Of a stretch of 64,000 nucleotides of DNA, positions 1 through 9,766 are shown in pieces. The first letter of the stretch is position 1. Every line of letters begins with the position of its first letter. The notes under the pieces were generated by a model. That model ran no database searches. It saw only the letters and a list, made by a program, of their open reading frames with translations, and was not told where the DNA came from. Origin of the DNA: an uncultured Gemmatimonadales bacterium (GTDB lineage Bacteria > Gemmatimonadota > Gemmatimonadetes > Longimicrobiales > RSA9). The position numbers and the translations under genes were made by a program. Location of the stretch: positions 828,489 to 892,488 of the forward strand of contig CAVUKA010000003.1 in assembly GCA_963741945.1 (NCBI GenBank). Reading direction: 5' to 3'.

Positions 1-2
1 CG

Positions 3-623
3 TACGTGGACAGCCTTTCGTCGCTCCTGGACCGGCGCTACCGGGCGTGGTCGATCCGGCGCATGTACTTCAGCGGGCACGATGAAGCGCTGGCGGACAC
101 GCTGGCGCGCCAGGCCGGGTTCCGCGTGGACGTGCCGGACGTGTATCGCTGGCGACAGGTGGGCGACTCCGCCTACATGTTCCTGAACGACGAGCCGGAC
201 GCGTCGCAGCTGGTGCGCTCGCTCCTGGTGACCTGGCGCGCGGGAACCGAAGGACCGCCCGCGGTGGAGCCGGCGCTGGCGTGGCGGGATTCCGTGGCCA
301 CGCGCTTCTACGACTGGGGCCAGATCACGGAGCGCCACCCGATCCAGACCACGGAGGTCACCATCGAGGGGCAGGCGTCGGGCATCGACGAGATGCTGCA
401 GATCCGGGGCGTGTGGAGCGGCACCGACGCGTCCTTCCCCACGGGCGGACCGTTCATCACCCGCGTGGTGGACTGTCCTGCGCAGGACCGTCGCTACCTC
501 CTGGACGCGTGGCTCTACGCCCCGGCGAAGGACAAGTACCAGTACATCATCCAGCTCGAAACCCTGCTCGACTCCTTCCGCTGCGATGGGGCCGCCGCCA
601 ACGCACCGGCCCCATCCGCGTGA
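3..623 (+). CDS. 5'-truncated conserved protein, DUF4837-like
   Basis: Frame is open from the window edge. The C-terminus 'RGVW...GGPF...LLDAWLYAPAKDKYQYIIQLETLLDSF' resembles DUF4837 C-termini. Confidence 0.55.
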   Translation, partial: YVDSLSSLLDRRYRAWSIRRMYFSGHDEALADTLARQAGFRVDVPDVYRWRQVGDSAYMFLNDEPDASQLVRSLLVTWRAGTEGPPAVEPALAWRDSVATRFYDWGQITERHPIQTTEVTIEGQASGIDEMLQIRGVWSGTDASFPTGGPFITRVVDCPAQDRRYLLDAWLYAPAKDKYQYIIQLETLLDSFRCDGAAANAPAPSA

Positions 624-727
624 GCGCCGCGCAGCACAGCGCCCGCCGTCCGGGTAGCTCTCGCCTCGCCGCGAGCGCGAGCGTACCCGAGCCGAGCCAC
701 TCTTCGAACGAAGTGAGCCCATAACCC

Positions 728-3700
728 GTGTTCGTCCACCTCCATACACATTCCGAATTCTCGCTCCTCGATGGCGCGAACCGGCTGAGTGACCTGATCC
801 GACGGGCGCAGGAGTACGAGATGCCCGCTGTCGCGCTGACGGACCACGGCACACTATACGGGGCGTGGCAGTTCCGGCAGCAGGCGACGAAGGCGGGGAT
901 CAAGCCGATCATCGGCATGGAAGCGTACGTGGCCCCCGGCGCGCGGCAGGAGCGGAGCGTGACCCGGGGCGAGCGGCCGTACTACCACCTGGTGCTCCTG
1001 GCCCGTGACCTGGCCGGCTACCGCAACCTGGTGCGCCTCTCCTCCATCGGCTTCCTGGAGGGCTTCTACCACCGCCCGCGCGTGGACCGGGAACTCCTGG
1101 AGCGCCATTCCGAGGGTCTCCTGGTCAGCAGCGCGTGCATGGCGGGGGAAGTGGCGCGCCACCTGATGGCCGACCGCCTGGACGCGGCCCGGGAGGCGGC
1201 CTCCTGGTACGCGGACGTCTTCCGCGACCGCTACTACCTGGAAGTCCAGGCACACGACACGGAAGGACAGGCGGGGCTGAACGAAAAGGTGTTCGCGCTG
1301 GCCGACGAGCTGTCGCTCCCGGTCGTCGCCACGAACGACGCCCACTTCCTCCGGCCCGAGGACCACGACGCGCACGACGTGCTCCTCTGCATCGGCCTCG
1401 GCAAGGACCGCGAGGACCAGAACCGGATGCGCTACGACCGCGGGCTCTATTTCAAGTCCGGGCGCGAGATGGCGGAGCGCTTCCCCGGCCATCCGGACGT
1501 GCTGGAGAACACGCTGGCCATCGCCGACCAGGTCTCGCTGGACCTGCCGAAGCAGTACCACGTCCCCAAGTTCCCGCTCCCCGACGGGATCAGCCTGGAG
1601 TCCGAGCTGCTGACGGCGCTGGCGACAGAAGGGACGAAGAAGCTCTATGGCGATCCGCTGCCGCCGCACGTCCGGGAGCGGCTGGACTACGAGCTGGGCG
1701 TGATCACGAACCCGACCGCGGACTACTCGGGCTATTTCCTGATCACCGCGGACTTCATCAACTGGGCGAAGGACCACGGGATCCCGGTGGGGCCGGGACG
1801 CGGGTCGGCGGCCGGCTCCATCGTCGCCTACGCCATGGGCATCACGGGCGTGGACCCGCTCGAGTTCGACCTGCTGTTCGAGCGGTTCCTGAACCCGGAC
1901 CGCGTGTCCATGCCCGACATCGACATCGACTTCTGCTACGAGCGCAGGGGCGAGGTCATCGAGTACGTGCGGGAGAAGTACGGGCGCGACAGCGTGGGAC
2001 AGATCATCACGTTCGGGACCATGAAGTCCCGGGCGGTGATCCGGGACGTGGGACGCGTGCTCGGATTCGAGCCCGCGGAGACGGACCGGCTGGCGAAGCT
2101 GATCCCGAACGCTCCCGGGAACAGCATGACGGTATCGGAGGCGAGGGAGAAGATCGGCGAGCTGCGGGAGATGGCGCGCTCCGATGACCGGGTCCGGCGC
2201 CTGCTCGACTACGCGGAGACGCTGGAGGGGCTGGCCCGCCACGCCAGCGTGCACGCCGCGGGCGTGGTCATCGCGCCCGGGCCGCTCCAGGAGTACGTCC
2301 CCGTGTGCACGCAGTCGGGCGGGCGCGGCGCCGGCTCGAACGGGGATGAGGACACGATCGTGACCCAGTGGGACATGATCGCGCTGGAGCAGGCCGGGAT
2401 GCTGAAGATGGACTTCCTCGGCCTGAAGACGCTCACGGTGATCTACGACGCCGCGGACGCGGTGCGGCAGAACCACGGGGAGCTGAAGCACCCGGTCACG
2501 GGCGAAGCGTACGAGCGGATCGAGGACGTCCCGCTGGACGACGCGGCCGTATACGAGATGCTCGCCCATGGCGGCACCAGCGGCGTGTTCCAGTTCGAGT
2601 CGAGCCTGGCCACGGACAAGCTGCGGGCCATGAAGTGCGACCGCTTCGAGGACCTGGTGGCCACGAACGCGCTCATCCGGCCGGGCCCGCTGGACAGCGG
2701 GATGACGGACGTGTTCATCCGTCGGAAGCTCGGCAGGGAGCCGGTCACGTACCCGTTGCCGCAGCTGGAGGAGGTGCTGGAGCCGACGTACGGCGTCATC
2801 ACCTACCAGGAGCAGCTGATGCGCATCGCGCAGGTCCTGGCCGGCTTCACGCTGGCCGAGGCGGACGTGATGCGGAAGGCCGTCGGGAAGAAGGACGCGG
2901 AGCTGATCGCCGCGCAGCTGGAGAAGTTCGTGTCGCGCGCCGAGGAGCTCGGGGTGCCGCGCGCGAAGGCGAGAGAGATCGCCGAGCAGATCGAGACGTT
3001 CGGCCGCTACGGCTTCAACCGGAGCCACTCGGTGGCGTACGCGCTGCTGAGCTACCAGACCGCGTGGCTGAAGCGGCACTACCCCGCCGAGTTCATGGCG
3101 GCGCTGCTGTCGTCGGTTGTGGACAAAACGGACGACGTGGTAAAGTACATCGCGGAGTGTCGCGAGATGACGCGCCACATCCCCGGCCGCGAGGACCCCA
3201 TCGAGGTCCTCCCCCCCGACGTCAACGAGAGCGGTTGGAAGTTCACGGCGGTGAGCGATACCGCCATCCGCTTCGGCATGGGCGCGTGCCGTGGTGTGGG
3301 CGAGGGTGCGGTGCGGGAGATCCTGACGGCAAGGGCCGACGGCGCGTTCGAGAGCCTGTTCGAGCTGGTGGACCGGCTCGACCTGCGGACCGCGGGGAAG
3401 CGCACGCTGGAAGCGCTCATTGCCGCGGGGGCGTGCGACTCGTTCGGTCACCGGGCGCAGCTCATGGCCGGGCTGGAAATGGCCGTGGGCGAGGCGCAGC
3501 TGCGGCAGGCGGAGCGGGAGAGCGGGCAGGGATCGCTCTTCGACCTGGGCGCGGAAGCGGCGCCCGTGCGCGAGCCGCCGAAACTTCCGGACGTGCCGAA
3601 GTGGCCGGAATCGGACCGGCTGGCGCGGGAGAAAGAGATCCTGGGCTTCTTCATCAGCGGGCATCCGCTGGACAAGTTCGGGGACGAGCTGAAGCTGTTC

Positions 3701-4270
3701 GGCAGCGTGAACACGGCGAACCTGTCGGAGTACCGGGACAGGAAGGTGGAGCTGGCGTGCGTGGTCACGGCCATCGCGCGCCAGATCTCGAAGCGGAACG
3801 GACAGGAGTGGGGGCGGGTGAGCGTGGAGGACTTCCACGGCACGGCTTCCGTGCTGGCGTTCGGTGAGGCGTGGGAGAAGTACCGGGACGTGCTGCTGCA
3901 GGACGCGGCCGTCATTGTCCGGGGACAGGTCTCGGGCCGCGACCGCGACGAGGACGACCCGCCCATCTTCCTCGATGAGGCGCTGCCGCTCGCCACGGTG
4001 CGCGACGCCGGCTCCGTCGGCATCGAAGTGCGGCTGCGGCGTGGCGCGTCGGCGAACGCCATCGAGGCGGCTACCGTTGCGTTCCGTCGCAGCCCGGGCG
4101 ACGCTCCGCTGTACGTCCGCCTGGACGGGAACGGTGGCGGCGGGGACGCCGCGAGGCCGAAGCGCTTCCGCTCCCGGTCGGTTCGGGTGTCGGCATCGCC
4201 GGAGCTGGTGGCGGAGCTGAAGGAGCTGTTCGGTCCGGAGCGGGTCCGACTCGTACGAGCGCAAGGGTGA
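728..4270 (+). CDS. dnaE: DNA polymerase III alpha subunit
   Basis: PHP 'FVHLHTHSEFSLLDG', 'GPGRGSAAGS', 'MPDIDIDF', 'YGFNRSHS', C-terminal OB fold; 1180 aa. Confidence 0.98.
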   Translation: MFVHLHTHSEFSLLDGANRLSDLIRRAQEYEMPAVALTDHGTLYGAWQFRQQATKAGIKPIIGMEAYVAPGARQERSVTRGERPYYHLVLLARDLAGYRNLVRLSSIGFLEGFYHRPRVDRELLERHSEGLLVSSACMAGEVARHLMADRLDAAREAASWYADVFRDRYYLEVQAHDTEGQAGLNEKVFALADELSLPVVATNDAHFLRPEDHDAHDVLLCIGLGKDREDQNRMRYDRGLYFKSGREMAERFPGHPDVLENTLAIADQVSLDLPKQYHVPKFPLPDGISLESELLTALATEGTKKLYGDPLPPHVRERLDYELGVITNPTADYSGYFLITADFINWAKDHGIPVGPGRGSAAGSIVAYAMGITGVDPLEFDLLFERFLNPDRVSMPDIDIDFCYERRGEVIEYVREKYGRDSVGQIITFGTMKSRAVIRDVGRVLGFEPAETDRLAKLIPNAPGNSMTVSEAREKIGELREMARSDDRVRRLLDYAETLEGLARHASVHAAGVVIAPGPLQEYVPVCTQSGGRGAGSNGDEDTIVTQWDMIALEQAGMLKMDFLGLKTLTVIYDAADAVRQNHGELKHPVTGEAYERIEDVPLDDAAVYEMLAHGGTSGVFQFESSLATDKLRAMKCDRFEDLVATNALIRPGPLDSGMTDVFIRRKLGREPVTYPLPQLEEVLEPTYGVITYQEQLMRIAQVLAGFTLAEADVMRKAVGKKDAELIAAQLEKFVSRAEELGVPRAKAREIAEQIETFGRYGFNRSHSVAYALLSYQTAWLKRHYPAEFMAALLSSVVDKTDDVVKYIAECREMTRHIPGREDPIEVLPPDVNESGWKFTAVSDTAIRFGMGACRGVGEGAVREILTARADGAFESLFELVDRLDLRTAGKRTLEALIAAGACDSFGHRAQLMAGLEMAVGEAQLRQAERESGQGSLFDLGAEAAPVREPPKLPDVPKWPESDRLAREKEILGFFISGHPLDKFGDELKLFGSVNTANLSEYRDRKVELACVVTAIARQISKRNGQEWGRVSVEDFHGTASVLAFGEAWEKYRDVLLQDAAVIVRGQVSGRDRDEDDPPIFLDEALPLATVRDAGSVGIEVRLRRGASANAIEAATVAFRRSPGDAPLYVRLDGNGGGGDAARPKRFRSRSVRVSASPELVAELKELFGPERVRLVRAQG

Positions 4271-4273
4271 GGA

Positions 4274-5245
4274 ATGGCCGGTGAACCGCTGGATTTCGAG
4301 CGTGACATCAGGGAGCTGGAAGAGCAGATCGACCGGCTCCAGGGACTGGCCCAGGACCGGGGCCTGGACGCGTCGCACGAGCTCGACACGCTGGAGGCGA
4401 AGGTGGAGGAGCTGAAGAAGGACGCGTACCGTGGGCTCTCGCCCATCGAGCGGGTCCAGCTCGCGCGCCACCCGCAGCGCCCGTTCACGCTGGACTACGT
4501 GGAGCGGGTGTTCACCGAGTTCATGGAGATGCACGGCGACCGCGCCTACCGCGACGACGAGGCCATCGTGGGGGGTTGGGCGAGACTGGACGGGCGAACC
4601 GTGATGGTGATCGGGCACCAGCGCGGGCGGGACATGAAGGAGAACCTGCGGCGCAACTTCGGCATGCCGCACCCGGAGGGATACCGCAAGGCGCTCCGGC
4701 TGATGCACCAGGCGCAGAAGTTCGGCCATCCGGTGATCACGCTCATCGACACTCCGGGCGCCTACCCGGGGATGGGAGCGGAGGAGCGGGGGCAGGCAGA
4801 GGCCATCGCGCGGAACCTGCGCGAGATGGCCGCGCTGCGTGTGCCGTCCGTCTCGGTCGTGATCGGTGAGGGCGGGAGCGGCGGCGCGCTCGCGCTGGGC
4901 GTCACGGACCGGATCCTCATGTTCGAGAACGCGATCTACAGCGTGATCACGGCCGAGGGGTGCGCGGCGATCCTGTGGAAGACGTCCGACGCGAAGGAGA
5001 AGGCAGCGGCCGCGCTCAAGATCACGGCGGGGGACCTCCAGCGCCTGAGCGTGGTGGACGAGGTCCTGCCGGAGCCCGGCGCCGGCGCCCACAACGACTG
5101 GGACGCGGCCGCGGATACGCTGCGGGACGCCCTCGTGCGACACGTGGGCGAGCTCGCCGAGCTCGATCCGGACGACCTCCGCGAGCGCCGCTGGGCGAAG
5201 TACGACGCGCTCGGCGAGTGGAAGGAATCCGTCCGCGCCGGCTGA
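4274..5245 (+). CDS. accA: Acetyl-CoA carboxylase carboxyltransferase alpha subunit
   Basis: 'RNFGMPHPEGYRKALRLM', 'IDTPGAYPG', 'GEGGSGGALA'; follows dnaE. Confidence 0.97.
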   Translation: MAGEPLDFERDIRELEEQIDRLQGLAQDRGLDASHELDTLEAKVEELKKDAYRGLSPIERVQLARHPQRPFTLDYVERVFTEFMEMHGDRAYRDDEAIVGGWARLDGRTVMVIGHQRGRDMKENLRRNFGMPHPEGYRKALRLMHQAQKFGHPVITLIDTPGAYPGMGAEERGQAEAIARNLREMAALRVPSVSVVIGEGGSGGALALGVTDRILMFENAIYSVITAEGCAAILWKTSDAKEKAAAALKITAGDLQRLSVVDEVLPEPGAGAHNDWDAAADTLRDALVRHVGELAELDPDDLRERRWAKYDALGEWKESVRAG

Positions 5246-5273
5246 GCCGCCGTCGCCTAGCCATCGAAGCCCC

Positions 5274-6173
5274 ATGCACATCGTCGAAGTCAGCTTCAAG
5301 GGAAACCGCCGGGACTATTTCGCCGCCGATGGCGAGCTGGCCTCCGTGGATTCGCACGTCATCGTGGAAGCGGACCGGGGCGAGGACCTGGGCCGCGTGA
5401 CCGCGGCCGGCGCCGTGGCCGAGCGGAAGTGCACCGGGTGCTCCACCGGGTGCGCCGCGCCCACGCCATCGAAGCGCGTGCTCCGGCCCGCTCGCCCGGA
5501 GGAGATCGAGCGCTCCGTCGCGCTGCGGGCTGACGAGCCGCGGGTTCGCCGCACCGTGCGCGAGAAAGTGCAGCGGCACCAGCTGAAGATGAAGGTGAGC
5601 GAGGCCGAGTGGCAGTTCGACCGCAACAAGCTCACGGTCTACTTCACCGCCGATCGGCGGGTCGATTTCCGCGAGCTGGTGAAGGACCTGGCGCGCACGT
5701 TCCGGACGCGGATCGAGCTGAAGCAGATCGGGGTGCGGGACGAGGCGGCGCTCCTGGGCGGCGTCGGGCGCTGCGGCCGCGAGCTCTGCTGCTCCACCTG
5801 GCTGCGGGAGCTCAAGCCGGTGAGCCTGCAGCTGGCCAAGGACCAGCGCCTGTCGCTCAACCCGGCGCAGATCTCCGGCTGCTGCGGTCGGCTCATGTGC
5901 TGCCTCACCTACGAGCACGCGGCCTACGTGGAGGCCAGGAAGCGCTTCCCGCGCGAAGGGAAATGGCTCTCCACCGCCCGCGGCCGGGAGCGTGTCATCG
6001 CCGTGGACATCTGGAGAGAGCGGGTCGTGCTCAAGGACGAGGAAGGGGAGCGCCGCACGCTGGAGCTGGCGGCGCTGAAGTCGGAGGTGGACGCGGGCTC
6101 GCGTCTGTCGGCGAAGCGGGAGCGCAGCCGCGGCGAGGCGGGGACGAACGGGAACGAGGGTGGTGAGGGGTGA
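5274..6173 (+). CDS. ricT: PSP1/RicT (YaaT) family iron-sulfur regulatory protein
   Basis: 'RVDFRELVKDLARTFRTRIEL', 'GRCGRELCC', 'ISGCCGRLMCCLTYE'; lies upstream of metG. Confidence 0.9.
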   Translation: MHIVEVSFKGNRRDYFAADGELASVDSHVIVEADRGEDLGRVTAAGAVAERKCTGCSTGCAAPTPSKRVLRPARPEEIERSVALRADEPRVRRTVREKVQRHQLKMKVSEAEWQFDRNKLTVYFTADRRVDFRELVKDLARTFRTRIELKQIGVRDEAALLGGVGRCGRELCCSTWLRELKPVSLQLAKDQRLSLNPAQISGCCGRLMCCLTYEHAAYVEARKRFPREGKWLSTARGRERVIAVDIWRERVVLKDEEGERRTLELAALKSEVDAGSRLSAKRERSRGEAGTNGNEGGEG

Positions 6174-7732
6174 ACCCGAAGCGCTACAAGTACATAACGA
6201 CGGCCATCGACTACGCCAACGGCGCGCCGCACCTGGGCCACGCGCTGGAGAAGATCGGCGCTGACGCCATGGCACGGTACCGCCGGCTGAAGGGCGAGGT
6301 CGTGCACTACGTCATCGGCATGGACGAGCACGGCCTCAAGGTGTTCCAGAGCGCCGAGGAGCGCGGGATCACGCCACAGGAGTGGGTGGACGAGCTGGCC
6401 GCCCAGTTCCAGGCCGCGTGGGAGCGGCTGCACATCAGCAACGACGACTTCATCCGCACCACGCAGGCGCGACACCGCCGCGCCGCGCAGGAGATGGTCC
6501 GCCGCATCGAGGCCGCCGGCGACCTCTACACCGACACGTACGCCGGCTACTACTGCGTGGGGTGCGAAGCGTACAAGACGGAGGACGAGCTGGAGTGGCG
6601 GGACCCCGAGTCGCCGCTGCCGAGGAGCGAGCCGCGCGCCGATCGGGCGCACGCGCTGCGCTGTCCGCTCCACCCGCGCCGGGAGCTGGAGTGGATGGAG
6701 GAGGAGAACTGGTTCTTCCGCCTCTCCCGTTACCAGGACCGCCTGCTCGACCTGCTGGACGAGCGTCCCGAGTTCGTCCAGCCGGAGACCCGCCGCAACG
6801 AGGTCCGGCGCGTCATCGAGGGCGGCCTCGAGGACATCTCCGTCTCCCGCGCCCGCCTCCGCTGGGGCGTGCCGTGGCCGGACGACCCGGAGCACGTGGT
6901 CTACGTCTGGCTGGAGGCGCTCAGCAACTACCTGTCCGCCACCGGCTTCCCCGACGAGGACTACACCCGCTACTGGCCCGCCGACTTCCACGTCATCGGC
7001 AAGGACATCACCCGCTTCCACTGCATCTACTGGCCCGCGTTCCTCATGAGCGCCGGCCTGTCGCTCCCACGCACCGTCTGGGCACACGGCTTCATCAATT
7101 ACGGCGGCGGCAAGATGTCGAAGTCGGAGGGCGTGAGCATCACCCTCGACGCCGCCATCGAGCGCCACGGCCCCGACGCCCTCCGCTATTACCTGCTCCA
7201 CGACATCCCCTGGACCGGCGATGGCGACTTCTCCCTCGACCGCTTCGACGATGTCTACACCGCCGAGCTCGCCAACGACCTCGGCAACCTGGCCAGCCGC
7301 AGCCTCTCCATGATCGAGCGCTACCGCGACGGCGTGGTCCCGCACGGCGGCAAGACGGACCTGGACGAGCGCATCCCGGACGTGCTCGTCCGCTACCGCG
7401 CCGCCATGGATGGCAACCTCCTCCACCAGGGGATCGGCGCCGCCATGGAGCTCGCCGACGCGGCCAACGGCTTCGTCGAGACCCGCGCGCCCTGGAGCCA
7501 GGCGAAGGATCCGTCGCAGGCGACGGAGCTCGATGCCACCCTCGCCGCCCTCGCCCGCGCCCTCGCCGCCCTCGCCACCATGCTCGAGCCCTTCCTCCCC
7601 GAGCGCATGCGCGTCCTCGCCGCCGCGCTCGGCCTCGAGCGGATCCCCGGCCTCGACGACATCGCCCGCCTCGACCTCGAAGGGCACAATGTCGCGCGAG
7701 GCGAGATCCTGTTCCCCCGTACCGAGCGGTAG
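6170..7732 (+). CDS. metG: Methionyl-tRNA synthetase (short form, no C-terminal tRNA-binding domain)
   Basis: 'YITTAIDYANGAPHLGH' (HIGH), 'KMSKS', 'GKDITRFH'; GTGA overlap with the upstream gene. Confidence 0.96.
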   Translation: MNPKRYKYITTAIDYANGAPHLGHALEKIGADAMARYRRLKGEVVHYVIGMDEHGLKVFQSAEERGITPQEWVDELAAQFQAAWERLHISNDDFIRTTQARHRRAAQEMVRRIEAAGDLYTDTYAGYYCVGCEAYKTEDELEWRDPESPLPRSEPRADRAHALRCPLHPRRELEWMEEENWFFRLSRYQDRLLDLLDERPEFVQPETRRNEVRRVIEGGLEDISVSRARLRWGVPWPDDPEHVVYVWLEALSNYLSATGFPDEDYTRYWPADFHVIGKDITRFHCIYWPAFLMSAGLSLPRTVWAHGFINYGGGKMSKSEGVSITLDAAIERHGPDALRYYLLHDIPWTGDGDFSLDRFDDVYTAELANDLGNLASRSLSMIERYRDGVVPHGGKTDLDERIPDVLVRYRAAMDGNLLHQGIGAAMELADAANGFVETRAPWSQAKDPSQATELDATLAALARALAALATMLEPFLPERMRVLAAALGLERIPGLDDIARLDLEGHNVARGEILFPRTER

Positions 7733-7766
7733 CTGTGGGGAAATCCCCCAAACCTCGCGGCGCGCC

Positions 7767-7796
7767 TTGACGACGCGCCGCGGGTGGGGATATCCT
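7767..7796 (+). promoter_or_regulatory. Putative sigma70 promoter of the M23 gene
   Basis: TTGACG (7767-7772), 18-nt spacer, TATCCT (7791-7796). Confidence 0.4.
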
Positions 7797-7851
7797 TGCC
7801 CGGTTCCACTCAGGAAATCATCCAGAACGCTTCCCCGAACCCAGGATCTCC

Positions 7852-8793
7852 ATGGCACGGCGCCATTGGACACTCATGGTCGTTCCGGACGACCAGTCCT
7901 GTGTGCGGCAGTACCGGCTGTCGAGCCGGTCGCTGCGTACCGCCCTGCTGGTGACGGCCGGCGCGCTGATCCTCCTCGTGAGTCTCGCGGCCGGCTTTTT
8001 CGTCGAAGAAGGGCAGCGGAACGAAGCGGAGCGGCTGGAGCGGACGAACGCGCTGCTGCAGAGCCAGCTGGAGACGATCCGGTCGGACATGTCGGTGCTG
8101 CAGAACTCGCTCGCGGAGCTTTCGGCGAAGGACGAGCGCTACCGGCTGCTGGCGAACCTCGACCCGCTGGACGAGGACGTGAAGAAGGCCGGTGTCGGCG
8201 GCCCGGGCACGCGCACGGTGGAGGAAATGCCGCTCTGGCACGTGGACCGCATCCTGGCCCGTGAAGCGTTCGGTGCGAGCGCGGACGTGCGCTCGCTGGT
8301 CCGCCGCGCGCGTGTGCTGGTGGCGAGCTGGGACGAGGCGACGGAGTCGATGGAGACGCAGGTGGACGCGTGGGAGCGCACCCCGTCGATCATGCCCACG
8401 ACCGGATACGAGACCAGCGGCTTCAGCTACAGCCGGCTTCATCCGATCCTGAACGTGCGGAGGCCGCACAAGGGGATCGACATCGTGGCCAAGCGCGGGA
8501 CCCCGGTGGTGGCTGCCGCGAAGGGGACGGTCGCGTTCGCCGGGGACACGCACGGCGAGTACGGCTGGATGGTGGAGATCGACCACGGGAACGGGATGAG
8601 CACGCGCTACGCTCACCTGGCGAAGGGGAGTGTGCTGGTGGAGCCCGGGCAGCTGGTGGAGCGGTGGCAGAAGCTGGCCGAAGTGGGGAGCACCGGCATG
8701 GTGACAGCGCCGAGCACGCACTATGAAGTGCTCGTACGCGGGCGGCCCGTGGACCCCGACAAGTTCGTCATCGGGGACGTACTCCGCTTCTGA
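7852..8793 (+). CDS. M23 family metallopeptidase (membrane anchor plus coiled coil)
   Basis: 'HKGIDI' (HxxxD), 'TRYAHL', 'GSTG...HYEV'; N-terminal TM segment. Confidence 0.92.
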   Translation: MARRHWTLMVVPDDQSCVRQYRLSSRSLRTALLVTAGALILLVSLAAGFFVEEGQRNEAERLERTNALLQSQLETIRSDMSVLQNSLAELSAKDERYRLLANLDPLDEDVKKAGVGGPGTRTVEEMPLWHVDRILAREAFGASADVRSLVRRARVLVASWDEATESMETQVDAWERTPSIMPTTGYETSGFSYSRLHPILNVRRPHKGIDIVAKRGTPVVAAAKGTVAFAGDTHGEYGWMVEIDHGNGMSTRYAHLAKGSVLVEPGQLVERWQKLAEVGSTGMVTAPSTHYEVLVRGRPVDPDKFVIGDVLRF

Positions 8794-8957
8794 CCGCGAT
8801 CCGCGCGGGGGCGCTGGCAGACGCGCGAGCCCTGCCTGCCTCGGCGCCGGCCCTGCCGGAGGCGGGGGGCCAGACCGTGGGCGCCATGGCTTGATGGACC
8901 CCGCGGGCGCCTGTACTTTGTTGTCCTTCCAGCGATCCATCTTTCCGAGAGAGACAG

Positions 8958-9743
8958 ATGAAACGAGTGGTCCTGATCCTGGCGGCCGCGGTATTCGCGG
9001 CGAGCACTGCGGCCTGTGGCGGTGGGAACGTTACCGTGCTGGCGCAGCTCCAGGGCGCGTCCACCGGGGCCGAGACGGCCGAGCCGGTGGCACTGGGGAG
9101 CCTCCCCGTCCGCCTGCTGCCGTACGATCGTGACGCGATCTTCGACTCACTGAAGGCGGCGTACCCGGAGCCGGAGCCGGAAGTGCCGGACAGCATCCTC
9201 GATCTCCAGAACCGGGTGGTCACGCAGCAGCGGGAGTGGCAGCAGGCCAACAACCGGTGGCTGACGCTGCGGGACAGTCTGAAGACGCTGTCGGACAAGA
9301 TGGCGCGAATGGACAAGAGCTCCGGCCAGTATTTTGCCATGTTCCGCGACTTCAACGACCTGGACGACCAGGTCAACCAGTTGGAGCGGCGATCGAACCA
9401 GGCGTTCCAGGAGTTCACCACCGCGCAGAACCGGCTGAGCGAGCAGGCGCGCGAGATCCGGCTGGCGAAGCAGGCATGGTCGGACGAGGCGTACGCGCCC
9501 ATCGATTCGATCATCCAGGCGAAGCTGGAGGCGATGGGGTTGGAAGAGCGCGCGGACACGACCAATGCCCAGGGGATGGCCTATTTCAAGGGCGTTCCCA
9601 CGCGGAAGTGGTGGGTCACGGCGCGCTACGAGCGGCAGTTCGATGAGCTCTACTGGAACGTCCCGGTCGACGTCCAGGGCGGCAAGGAGCCGACGCAGGT
9701 CCGTCTCACCGAGGAGAACGCCGAGGTGCGACAGAAGCTCTGA
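8958..9743 (+). CDS. Hypothetical lipoprotein with coiled coil
   Basis: Signal peptide ending 'STAAC'; codon usage typical of the host. Confidence 0.75.
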   Translation: MKRVVLILAAAVFAASTAACGGGNVTVLAQLQGASTGAETAEPVALGSLPVRLLPYDRDAIFDSLKAAYPEPEPEVPDSILDLQNRVVTQQREWQQANNRWLTLRDSLKTLSDKMARMDKSSGQYFAMFRDFNDLDDQVNQLERRSNQAFQEFTTAQNRLSEQAREIRLAKQAWSDEAYAPIDSIIQAKLEAMGLEERADTTNAQGMAYFKGVPTRKWWVTARYERQFDELYWNVPVDVQGGKEPTQVRLTEENAEVRQKL

Positions 9744-9766
9744 CCGGGCCTGAACCGTGAGGTAGA

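Noticed and set aside
854-5299. 1481-aa minus-strand ORF and similar long antisense ORFs (5924-7873, 9650-11581, 20008-22032, 23548-26163)
   Set aside because: Shadow frames opposite well-supported genes, as expected in high-GC DNA; no motifs.
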